The notes beneath the pieces are model-generated. The model was not told the origin of the DNA, ran no database searches, and worked only from the letters and a program-made list of their open reading frames with translations. A DNA stretch of 64,000 nucleotides from Lysobacterales bacterium (GTDB lineage Bacteria; Pseudomonadota; Gammaproteobacteria; Xanthomonadales; SZUA-5), in assembly GCA_022844135.1 (NCBI GenBank), contig JALHMG010000029.1, positions 300 to 64,299 of the forward strand, given 5' to 3'. Made by a program: the position numbers and the translations under genes. Positions 1-8,888 of this stretch are shown in pieces (positions within the stretch are counted from its first letter, which is position 1; each line of letters begins with the position of its first letter).

Positions 1-1
1 C

Positions 2-274
2 GTTTTTCAGCGCCGCCGCATAGGACTGGGTATCGATGCCGACTTCACGCTGATCGACGATGGACTGTTTGTGTTCGTGAATGAACTCGATCGGCTCTTC
101 GATGGTGAGGATGTGCCCGGTGTGGCGCTCGTTGCGCCAGTCGATCATTGCAGCCAGCGTGGTCGATTTGCCCGATCCGGTGCTGCCAACCACCAGCACG
201 AGGCCGCGCGGCAACATGATCAGTTCCTTCAGCGATTCCGGAACACCCAGGGAATCCAGCGCACGCCACGGCAC
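2..274 (-). pseudogene. pilU: PilU/PilT-family type IV pilus retraction ATPase, 5'-truncated fragment (continues beyond window start)
   Basis: Not in the ORF track. Manual translation gives LDSLGVPESLKELIMLPRGLVLVVGSTGSGKSTTLAAMIDWRNERHTGHILTIEEPIEFIHEHKQSIVDQREVGIDTQSYAAALKN (Walker A, Asp box, QREVG). In-frame stops at 275-277 and 293-295 lie just upstream, so the usual ~100-aa N-terminal domain is missing. Confidence 0.8.
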
Positions 275-798
275 TTAACGGAACGCCGAGTTTCACTCGG
301 CGCTCTTCGTTTCGGCTCACGAACCCATGCAGGCCGCTGGCGGTCGACCATGCCACCTTCGGCGACCTCTGTCGGTACGGAAGGCGACACTTGCGCCATG
401 GTTGGCGGGCAGTTAATCCGTGTCGACCGTTGCGGAGCGGAACGACATCGCACGCCTGTTATGGGTGCGATTGCAGCGATATGCGACGTTCCTTCAGAAC
501 GCTGGGTTTGGTGGCTGGCGTGACCCAGGGCGGGGGCGTTTGCCCAATGTTCGTCGAGACATGAGTGGTGATCAGTGGATGTCAGGCGACTCCGGAAGCG
601 CCGGTTCACCCAAGCGGCCAGGCATCGGCAACGCGTGGAGCCTTGCCGCTAACCGCTGAGCAGACCCAACTGCGCATTTTTGACGACGCCGGGGTCTGGG
701 GGCGCGTTGCCCGCAAGAAAACCTCCGCCATGCTCAAACACCACCAGCAGACGTCTAAAGGTATAGATGACCCGGTAGGCCACGCGAAGAATCAGAAG

Positions 799-830
799 CT
801 GGCTGTCCACGTTCTGGCTGTCCACGTTCT
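799..830. repeat. 15-bp tandem duplication CTGGCTGTCCACGTT x2
   Basis: Exact units at 799-813 and 814-828 plus a partial CT, in an apparently non-coding stretch. Confidence 0.85.
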
Positions 831-1057
831 TGCGCCCCTCGAATCGAATCGCCGAACTGTGACGCGGAAGTACTCTGCTTCGTCGCGCCCGGCGAAACAA
901 GCAGCCCGTCGACGAATGTCGGTAGGTGGCTGAGCACGGCGTGACGATGTTGCGCGCGATGTCGTTTCGCGCGGCAATTTCCGATACCTGGGTTGCGGCG
1001 TTAACTCTGCGGCCACGTGCGCCGCAGCTTACGCACACACCTCTCAACCCTTTTGGA

Positions 1058-2305
1058 ATGAACTACATGAAAACTCTGTTTCGTAACGCGCTATCCACTG
1101 CGCTGATGCTGGCTGCCGGCAGCACGGCGCTGCCTGCCCTGGCTGCCCCCGAGAACCTCGATCCCGCCACTTGGACGGCGGAAATCGAAGCCGCCTTCGC
1201 CGATGTCAAAGGTTACTCAGCCGTGCTGGTTAACCAGGACGGCTATGTGATCTCGCGCTCAGGTGGCATGGCTGGACCCGGCAACAGCATGAGCTGGGAC
1301 CACTACGGCAACGTCGGCAGCGTGCAGAAAATGGTCGCGAGCCTGTTTCTGCTGCGCCAAATGGAGAACAAGCTCGGTCGCGGCAACGTGCCGGCCATCC
1401 ACGCCGCGCTCGACACGCCGATCCACTTGTGGATGCCCACCCGAGTTCAGCAGGCCACACCCAATATCAACAAACAGATCACGTTCCGCGATCTGCTGAC
1501 CCACAAGTCGGGCCTGCGAACTGAGCATTCCAGCGGAAACCCTTTCATCGATTTCATGGCGCCGATCAATCAGGCCGATCACGGCGTACGCGACTACGAG
1601 AACACCAACATCAAGCTGCTGACCTACGTCACGGTGACCTATGGGGCGCCGCACATTCTGACCCAGGTCAACAATTCGATCGCCCAGTTCAATTGGTCGG
1701 CCACCAGCAGCAACATTCCGCAAGCAATCGGCACCTACTACTGGGGCATGGTGCAGAACCAGATGCTCGATGAGGCGCCGCTGGAGGTGTTCTCGTCGTG
1801 CTGGCTGGCCGATCACATCGCCGAGTTCCGCAATGCACCGGTGGCGCGCATGTACTGGAGCAGGAACGATGCGCTCGATTCGGGCGGATGGTACGACGGT
1901 GGCGTGGAGGCCGGCCACTGCAAGGGCCAGGGCGGATGGTACTGGTCGACGCGCATGCTGGCGCGCCTGTTCCGCGACCTGGGCACCAACGCAGGCGTGA
2001 TCTCGCCAGCGCTATACAACTACATGTTCGATCCAGATGCATCCTCAGGCGCGCGCGACGACCGCTTAGGCTGGAGCAACCAGATCGGCAGCGCCAAGCT
2101 GCAGTCGGATTATGGCTGGCTCGCAAGCCCGTACCACGGTGGCTCGCACAGCATCCCCTGGGGCAACGACATCATCACCGGACGCGCCGCGGTGATGCGC
2201 CTGCCCGGCGGTTATCACAGCGTGGCGCTGGTGAACTCGAGCGAGATGACGTCGGGCGACATCGCCACGGCGCTCAAGAACGCCTTCGCGCGAAGCTTGC
2301 CGTAA
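1058..2305 (+). CDS. Secreted serine hydrolase, beta-lactamase/class C-like family
   Basis: Signal peptide (MKTLFRNALSTALMLAAGSTALPALA), SxxK (GSVQK), LLTHKSG, YxN (YENTN), HGG. Start at ATG 1058 or 1067. Confidence 0.8.
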   Translation: MNYMKTLFRNALSTALMLAAGSTALPALAAPENLDPATWTAEIEAAFADVKGYSAVLVNQDGYVISRSGGMAGPGNSMSWDHYGNVGSVQKMVASLFLLRQMENKLGRGNVPAIHAALDTPIHLWMPTRVQQATPNINKQITFRDLLTHKSGLRTEHSSGNPFIDFMAPINQADHGVRDYENTNIKLLTYVTVTYGAPHILTQVNNSIAQFNWSATSSNIPQAIGTYYWGMVQNQMLDEAPLEVFSSCWLADHIAEFRNAPVARMYWSRNDALDSGGWYDGGVEAGHCKGQGGWYWSTRMLARLFRDLGTNAGVISPALYNYMFDPDASSGARDDRLGWSNQIGSAKLQSDYGWLASPYHGGSHSIPWGNDIITGRAAVMRLPGGYHSVALVNSSEMTSGDIATALKNAFARSLP

Positions 2306-2321
2306 CCGCAGAGCAATCCGG

Positions 2322-2837
2322 GTGCTGCCATCGCGGAGCACCCGGATCCGCGCCTGTCGACCTGTGCCAGGTATCAGTGCCGCAGTAAAGCTGGAGGGGC
2401 TTGGCGACTCGGACTTCTTCGTCAGCAACAATACCGTGGCATTCAACTCCGGCGCTGGCGCCGATGGCATGCTCGTCTCTGGCATTTCCAGCGATTCGTT
2501 CGTACTGGCCAACAACGTTCTGTGGTCCAACGGTAGCGGCACTGGCGACGACCTGATCATCAGTCAGGGGGCGCCGGTCATTCTCAACAGCAACCACATC
2601 GGCAGATCCCAGTTATTTCCCGCCGGAACGATCAACGTTGGAACCTCCAGCAGCGATCCAGGGTTCATCGCATTCAACAATCTGAGGCCCAGATCGGATG
2701 CCTCGATTCGCGACAGCGGAGTCCCGGCAACTGGACAATTGGCACATGACCTGGATGGTGGGCCACGCGTGCAGGGCGTTCGGATCGACCGCGGCGCGTA
2801 TGAGTACTCCGGGGTATTCCGCAACGGCTTCGAGTGA
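2322..2837 (+). pseudogene. C-terminal remnant of a beta-helix/choice-of-anchor Q protein with VFRNGFE tail
   Basis: NNTVAFN, NNVLWSN, DPGF, DLDGGPRVQGVRIDRGAYE, then VFRNGFE-stop. There is no signal peptide or RBS, and it starts 16 bp after the previous stop. Confidence 0.7.
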
Positions 2838-3000
2838 GGGGCAGGGCAGAACTCGCGCACGCTTCACGGTACGGATTCCGCCGCTACGCGCATGGCACGG
2901 TTGCTCAACGAAACGGAAAGCTGATGGCAATCGATGCGCCAACATCACAAAAAGCGCGAGCGATACCGGCCAACAAGAATCCGAGTTCCAGCCGGTTCAA

Positions 3001-3035
3001 GGGCGTCACCGCCGCTTACGCGACGGTGTACGCCC
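3001..3035. terminator. GC-rich hairpin between convergent genes (possible terminator or REP-like)
   Basis: Imperfect stem GGGCGTCACCGCCGC-TTAC-GCGACGGTGTACGCCC with no clear U-tract. Confidence 0.3.
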
Positions 3036-3073
3036 TTAGCTGAGGGGCAGCCGCCCGCACAGTTTGCCTTCGC

Positions 3074-3580
3074 TCAGGGCGTGCGGAACGACTTCAGCAC
3101 CTTCGTCGCCGCGTCGAAGCCCTGCTGGTCGTCCGCGTACACGGAAAACCAGATCTCGGCGATGTTGCCGTCGTTTAACGCGACGTAAAAGAGCATGAAG
3201 CCGGTTTTCTCGCCTTCCGAATCGACGCCCTTGCCGGCCACCGTCATTTGCGTGAGACCGCCACGTTCCGTTGTCTCGGGTTCGAGCATCTCGAGGTTGG
3301 TGAAGGTTTCTTCGAGGAACTTGAAGGACTCGGCAAGCGCATCGTTCATCGACGACTCGTTGCCTGGGATCGTGCGCAGTTGCAGGTTGACGCCGGTCGG
3401 CCCGGTCAGCGTCACGTAATCGCCCACTTCTTCGCCCGGTGTGACTTCCCAATCGTCGGGATGCTCGATCACGAAACTGGCGTTATCGGGCCCCGGATAA
3501 GCGAGAAGCTTGGCCTCGATCGGGCCTGAGGCAAACAGGCTTGCGGCAAACAGCAATGGAACGAAAAGCAGTGACTTCAT
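3074..3580 (-). CDS. Secreted hypothetical protein (possibly PsbP-like fold)
   Basis: Signal peptide MKSLLFVPLLFAASLFASGPIEA, acidic globular sequence, IEHPDDWEV near the N-terminus and VLKSFR at the C-terminus. Confidence 0.7.
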   Translation of the reverse strand: MKSLLFVPLLFAASLFASGPIEAKLLAYPGPDNASFVIEHPDDWEVTPGEEVGDYVTLTGPTGVNLQLRTIPGNESSMNDALAESFKFLEETFTNLEMLEPETTERGGLTQMTVAGKGVDSEGEKTGFMLFYVALNDGNIAEIWFSVYADDQQGFDAATKVLKSFRTP

Positions 3581-3705
3581 CGACGTAACCCCCTGTGGTG
3601 GAACACTACCGGCTGACGGTGCGGGGCGCCCGCGACGTCGACGGTCTGCCTCGATGATACGTGGCCACTCCTTCTTGTTGTCCAGTAAAGGTTTCCTTCT
3701 TACTG

Positions 3706-5223
3706 CTATACGCCAGCAAACAGATCCAGCGAGCGGTAGTACTCATCGCCGTAGGCGAGGAAGTTCCGCGCTTCGCGCTGCAATTGCGGCAGTGCGGCTG
3801 ACGTTGCCGCGGTACCCGTGCTGATCTGCAGCATGGCGTGCGCATACGACGCCAGCGCATCGGCCTTGCTTTCCCCGATTTGCTGCGCGGCGAGGAAGAG
3901 CAGGTCGTGATAGGCGATGGCGATTCCTGCCGAATGCACGGGCGAGACGAGGCCAGAGAGGCGTTCGCCTGCGTGCAGGCGCTTGAGCAAAGCCTCGTTC
4001 AGTGCGTGCGCGCGGCTTCGCGTTTCAGCGTGCGGGGACGTTGCCGTGCCGAGATAGCCAAGGCACAGCATCAGGTCCAGCGTTTCGCGAATGCTCGCCG
4101 GGCTGGTGTTTGCGAGCGCGGGCAGTGACATCAGTGCGGCGATGTTCTTGGGGCCGTTCGCGAGCGCTGCGAGCAGCACGTCGACCACATCATCCTCCAA
4201 GCGCAGCGCTGCAATCGGCGTGCGCACATTGCGCGCACAACTGGCGGGAGGGCGTTGCAGGGCGAGCTGGGTGGCGTTGTATTCCTGCTCGATGTCGGCG
4301 GCGCCCTGCTTGCGCGGGCCGCGTACGAACACATCGCGGCGCAATGGCGTTTGCAGGGCGAAATCACGCAACAGTTCGCGCATTCCTGCGTCTTCGGTGG
4401 CGTCGACCAGGGCACGCAAAGGGGCGGGCAGCGACCACTGGGGAAAGTTGGAAAACAACTTGGCCGACGCGGCAAACTGCACGTCGGCGCGTGCCATGTC
4501 GATGGCGACATCGGTGTGATAGAAGGGCGTCCAGCCGCGCGGGGCGAATTCGTGCAGCAGGTAGGCGTCGCTGGCGTTCGTGATCTCGCGCAGCGCCGTG
4601 CGCGCGCCGGGGTTGCTGGCGAAGTAGGCGGCGCCGGCGGCATCCAGTTGTCCCAGCAGATCGCGTGCGGCGTGGAATCGTTGCAGCGCACTGCCATCGG
4701 TTTGCCTCTGCGCGGCTTCGCTCATCAGGCGTTGCAGCGGTGCCTTGTTGGCCCAGCCTGGCATTGAATTGTAGGACACGTAGACCACACCACCCGGTTT
4801 GAGCAGACGCGCGATGAGCGCGACGATGTGGGCACGGTTGTCCGCATTGACCCAAGTGTAGACGCCGTGCAGGACGATGAAATCCATGGGCGGCAGATCG
4901 CGGTCGTGCAATTGTGCAAAGGTGTCCTGCATCAGTTGCAGGTTGTCGAGCCCCGCCTGGGTTGCGAGGGACTGCGCGGCGGCCACGTGCTCGGGCATGA
5001 AGTCGTTGCCGAAGAATCGGCCTTGCGGGTGCGCTGCGGCCAGCATGTTGAGGCCCAGGCCCTGACCGAAACCGAGTTCGAGGTAGGTGAAATCCTCGTC
5101 GATCTTGGGCGCGGCCAGTCCGGCCTGCAGCAGCGCCAGGCGCAGATGTGCAGGCGCCATCTCGGGGAAATGGTTGACGCTGTAAGGAAGCTCGGTGACG
5201 TATCCGTCAGTCCAGTCATCCAT
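3706..5223 (-). CDS. Class I SAM-dependent methyltransferase with methyltransferase regulatory domain
   Basis: Starts MDDWTDGYVTELPY. SAM motif YLELGFGQG, DFIVLHGVYTWV, LKPGGVVYVSYNSMPGW, YLLHEF. Confidence 0.85.
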   Translation of the reverse strand: MDDWTDGYVTELPYSVNHFPEMAPAHLRLALLQAGLAAPKIDEDFTYLELGFGQGLGLNMLAAAHPQGRFFGNDFMPEHVAAAQSLATQAGLDNLQLMQDTFAQLHDRDLPPMDFIVLHGVYTWVNADNRAHIVALIARLLKPGGVVYVSYNSMPGWANKAPLQRLMSEAAQRQTDGSALQRFHAARDLLGQLDAAGAAYFASNPGARTALREITNASDAYLLHEFAPRGWTPFYHTDVAIDMARADVQFAASAKLFSNFPQWSLPAPLRALVDATEDAGMRELLRDFALQTPLRRDVFVRGPRKQGAADIEQEYNATQLALQRPPASCARNVRTPIAALRLEDDVVDVLLAALANGPKNIAALMSLPALANTSPASIRETLDLMLCLGYLGTATSPHAETRSRAHALNEALLKRLHAGERLSGLVSPVHSAGIAIAYHDLLFLAAQQIGESKADALASYAHAMLQISTGTAATSAALPQLQREARNFLAYGDEYYRSLDLFAGV

Positions 5224-5497
5224 GGCGTTTGTCGTGATGGCGGCAGGGGGCGGCGATCCTGCCGGGTTAGCTACCGTCAAACAACCTGCGGAGGCTTATT
5301 TGCGTTCGTCGATCATCGCACTCAATCGATGCATCCTCTCTTCGAGCCGCCCACCGGTGATCCAAAAACCGAGTTGCAATTGATCCTTGGGACCGCTAAT
5401 CCGTCTCGGTCCGGCCGCCAGCTGGAAGCCAAAACACATTGACAGTCCTTCCGCTCCGTGAAATACGCTCCGAAGAAGCTCGCCTTTGGATTGCACC

Positions 5498-6976
5498 ATG
5501 CTCACCCCGCACGCTGCGGTATCGCTCAGCCATCCGCATGCCGGGCGCGGACCTTATGCGCTGAGTTCTATCCGTCCGTGGGTTGGCCTGTGGCTCGTAT
5601 TGAGTCTGACCTGCGCTCCTGCGATGGCGGCGGATGTGGTGGTAGTTTCACTTGAGGATTCGGGCACCGGGACGCTGCGCAACGCGATCGCTGAGGCAGT
5701 CGCGGGCGATCGTATTGTGTTCGCGCCAGGACTCGCTGGCACGATCAGCCTGAACTCGACCCTGACCATCGGCCGCGATCTGATCATCGAGGGCAATGGC
5801 AACATCGAGCTGGACGGCAGGGACACATCGAGGGTGATTACGATCACCGGCGGCCAGGTCGATTTGCGGCGTCTGGTTGTGCGCAACGGTTTCGCAACCG
5901 ATGGCGGCGGGATTGCCAGCGCAGGCACGCTGCGTATGAGCAACTGCGTGGTACGCAACAACAACGCGAGCGCGCGCGGTGGCGGCCTGTTCATCGGCGC
6001 GGGCAGCTACAGTCTGGTCGACACCACCATTGCCGACAATTTCGCGACCAATGAAGGTGGCGGCATCGAAGACCTGGGCACTGCGCCGTCAACCATCACG
6101 CGGGGCCGCATCGTCAACAACATCAGCTCCGGCGCAGGGGCCGGCATCCGACACGTGTCGAACCAGGAACTCACGATCGAACACAGCACGATCTCCGGCA
6201 ACACGGCAGCGACCACGAGCGTCGTCATCGGCGGCGGCATCGCCAGCCAAGGCGGGACGCTCAACATCAACTACAGCACGGTCTCCGGCAATAAATCGCA
6301 TTTCGGTGGCGGCATCTATGTGGCCAACCTCGGTGCGTCAACGAAGCTAAATCTGATCGGCAGCACAATCACTGGCAACACGGCCGTATCGGACGGTGGC
6401 GGCCTGTTCGTGTTCGGATCAGGGGCTACGCTGACCAATTCGACCATCGCCAACAACCTTGCGGGTGCCGGGACGGGCGGCGGTTTGGCAATTCAGAACT
6501 CCGGCCCGGGCACGGCAACGGTCATCATCAACAACAATACGATTGCGTTTAATCGCTCGAACGCCAATGGTGGTGGTATCACCGCAATCTCCGGCTCGCT
6601 GACCCTGAAGAACACGCTGATTGCCGGCAATATCAGTGGCACCAACGCAGACATCCAGGGCGCATTCGTGTCGGAGGGCTTCAATCTGGTGCAGACGCGT
6701 GGCACCAGCTCGGGCTATATCGCGTCGGATCTGGCCAATGGCACGCTGCCGCAGCTGGCCACACTGGGATTCAACGGTGGTCCAACGCTCACCGTATTGC
6801 CGAGCACCGGCAGTCCGGCGATTAACGCGATTCCATCGTCCAACTGCTCGGGCATTCCGCTCGATCAGCGCGGCTACAATCGTCCTGCGAATCAGTGCGA
6901 CATCGGCGCGCTGGAAGTCGGCGCTCCGCCACCGGCGCCCCCCGTTAACCAAGTGTTTCGCGATGGCTTCGAGTAG
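5498..6976 (+). CDS. Secreted beta-helix / choice-of-anchor Q protein with VFRDGFE tail
   Basis: DSGTGTLRNAI, GGG(I/L)/xxN repeats, NGGPTLT...SPAIN...DQRG...CDIGALE, Pro-rich linker, then VFRDGFE-stop. Start is uncertain. Confidence 0.85.
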   Translation: MLTPHAAVSLSHPHAGRGPYALSSIRPWVGLWLVLSLTCAPAMAADVVVVSLEDSGTGTLRNAIAEAVAGDRIVFAPGLAGTISLNSTLTIGRDLIIEGNGNIELDGRDTSRVITITGGQVDLRRLVVRNGFATDGGGIASAGTLRMSNCVVRNNNASARGGGLFIGAGSYSLVDTTIADNFATNEGGGIEDLGTAPSTITRGRIVNNISSGAGAGIRHVSNQELTIEHSTISGNTAATTSVVIGGGIASQGGTLNINYSTVSGNKSHFGGGIYVANLGASTKLNLIGSTITGNTAVSDGGGLFVFGSGATLTNSTIANNLAGAGTGGGLAIQNSGPGTATVIINNNTIAFNRSNANGGGITAISGSLTLKNTLIAGNISGTNADIQGAFVSEGFNLVQTRGTSSGYIASDLANGTLPQLATLGFNGGPTLTVLPSTGSPAINAIPSSNCSGIPLDQRGYNRPANQCDIGALEVGAPPPAPPVNQVFRDGFE

Positions 6977-7065
6977 GTGCGCCGACATTGGCACCAATCA
7001 AGCGTTGACAGGTGTAATCGACTTGCCCTCGTGCGACGGTTTGCAGGCGCGTGTGGGGCAGCTGC

Positions 7066-7494
7066 TTAGTCGTTGCTGTCCAGATCCGCGGCGTCGCCCT
7101 GGCCACCGGCAGCGCGGTCGGCGCCAAGGGAGCGCACCGAGTAGATTCGCCCGTCGCTGCCCGGAATCGCCAGGAGATAGGGCGTGCCCCAGGGGTCGCG
7201 GGTTTGCGAGGCGTTGAGGTAGGGGCCGCTCCAGCCGGTCAGCCCGGCGGGGGCTTGCCGCAGGTCTTCGATCTTGCCGGGCAGCACGCCGCAGTCGAGT
7301 TCATAGCGTTCCACGGCGCTGGCGACCAGGCGAACGCCGGCGATGGCTTCGCTCTGCCTGGCTTTGCGGTTGCCGCTCAGGACGCTGGTACTGACCAGCG
7401 TAGCGATGAAGGCAATGATGCCGAGCACGAGGAGCATTTCGATCAGTGTGAAGCCGCGCTGGCGGCGGGTAGGCTGGGTTTGAGGGCTGCGCAT
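7066..7494 (-). CDS. gspG: Type II secretion major pseudopilin GspG-like (orphan)
   Basis: Prepilin cleavage site QRG|FTLIEMLLVL, WSGPYL, DPWGTPY, SLGAD..GGQGDAADL. GGAG RBS upstream of ATG 7494. Confidence 0.85.
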   Translation of the reverse strand: MRSPQTQPTRRQRGFTLIEMLLVLGIIAFIATLVSTSVLSGNRKARQSEAIAGVRLVASAVERYELDCGVLPGKIEDLRQAPAGLTGWSGPYLNASQTRDPWGTPYLLAIPGSDGRIYSVRSLGADRAAGGQGDAADLDSND

Positions 7495-7798
7495 GTGTGA
7501 CTCCTGGATTTGCCGGGCACGCGCCCGCAGAGACGGGCCGCCAAATGGCGGGCACGTGCAAGCGGCGGCCGATGGGTGGCTGCGGACGAGCGTAGTGGTT
7601 TGGGTCGCGGCACTGGATGGGTGCTGACGACACATCATCGACTGCACCTGGCGGGCGCAGTTCCCTGGAACTGTGCAGGTTGCCGTGCGCTCAGGCATCG
7701 CGCCGGGAATTGAGCGGCGAGTTTTCCGCGCTGCGGGAACGATCGGTGCGTGCGAGCAATGGCATCGGAATCGCCAGCATCGGCGCAATCCTGAAGAC

Positions 7799-8767
7799 TT
7801 AGAGACTGGAATCCAATCTCTGCAAGCCACTCACACGCCTGCCATCGACCACCAGCGACAGCAACTCCGGCCGCGAGTAATGGCCGAAAGGATCGAAGGT
7901 CTGGCGTTCTTCGCGGACGCGGGCGTGGTCGAGCTGCGCCAGCAGCAGTTCTTCGCGGCCAACGACAGGTTCGATCAGAAAACGGCCGTCGGGGCCGGCG
8001 ATACAGGAGCCGCCGTCGGCCATCACGTTGGGCAAATGGTCGCGTAGCAAGGCGAGTTCCGGCAGGGTGTGGGGCAGGGCGTCACGGTGGAGCACAGAGC
8101 TCACGGACAGTGCGAAGCTGCGGCCCTCGCGGGCGATGAACGGGGTGATCGTTTCGGTGTTGCGGCGGCTGCCGGGCCAGCCAGCCACGTGTAGCGACTC
8201 GCCCTGCGCATAGAGCGCGGCGCGCGCCAGCGGCATCCAGTTTTCCCAGCAGTTGAGGCTGCCCAGGCGGAACGCGCCGAGCGGGTGGCAACGCAGCCCG
8301 TGAGCGTCTCCGGGCGACCAGACGAGGCGCTCTTCATACGTGGGCATGAGCTTGCGGTGCACGCTGCGAATGGCGCCCTCGGCGTCGATGGTGACCATCG
8401 ACGCGAAGACGCTGAGCCCGCGCGCGACATCGCGCTCGATGACGCCGCAGACGATCCAGATTCGGTGGCGCGCTGCGGCGGCGCACAGCGGCGCCAGGTG
8501 GCCGGCGTCGATTTGCACGGCCTGGTCGCAATAGTGCGCGTACAGGCGTTTTTGCAGCGGCGATTCGAAGCGCGCGCCATCGGTGTGTTCCACCCAGAAC
8601 GGATAGCCGGGCAACAGACCCTCGCTGAAGGCCACCAGGCTCGCGCCTTCGCGTGCAGCGCGCTCCACCCACGCCAGCACTTTCTGCAGCGTGGCTTCCC
8701 GGTCCAGCCAGATCGGCGCGATCTGGGCCAGGGCAACGGTCAACGTGTCGGCTGCGCGGGTGCTCAT
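7799..8767 (-). CDS. Nitrilase (carbon-nitrogen hydrolase family)
   Basis: E-K-C triad: FSEGLLPGYP, HRKLMPTYEER, LNCWENWMP. C-terminal FDPFGHYSRP. Confidence 0.9.
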   Translation of the reverse strand: MSTRAADTLTVALAQIAPIWLDREATLQKVLAWVERAAREGASLVAFSEGLLPGYPFWVEHTDGARFESPLQKRLYAHYCDQAVQIDAGHLAPLCAAAARHRIWIVCGVIERDVARGLSVFASMVTIDAEGAIRSVHRKLMPTYEERLVWSPGDAHGLRCHPLGAFRLGSLNCWENWMPLARAALYAQGESLHVAGWPGSRRNTETITPFIAREGRSFALSVSSVLHRDALPHTLPELALLRDHLPNVMADGGSCIAGPDGRFLIEPVVGREELLLAQLDHARVREERQTFDPFGHYSRPELLSLVVDGRRVSGLQRLDSSL

Positions 8768-8888
8768 CAGCGGGCTCAAACGAGGCGGGATCCGGAGTAT
8801 GACCGCCTTGGCGCCGCCGCGTGGCTTGCGACGACATCGTGCTGCGCGCGCGTCCGCGCCAGAGTGGCGCGGACGCGTTGCGAGACGA

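Noticed and set aside
5439-5469. TTGACAGT...TACGCT upstream of the 5498 gene as a class-1 ECF or sigma70 promoter
   Set aside because: The spacer is 19 nt, too long for both the class-1 motif (16) and sigma70 (about 17).
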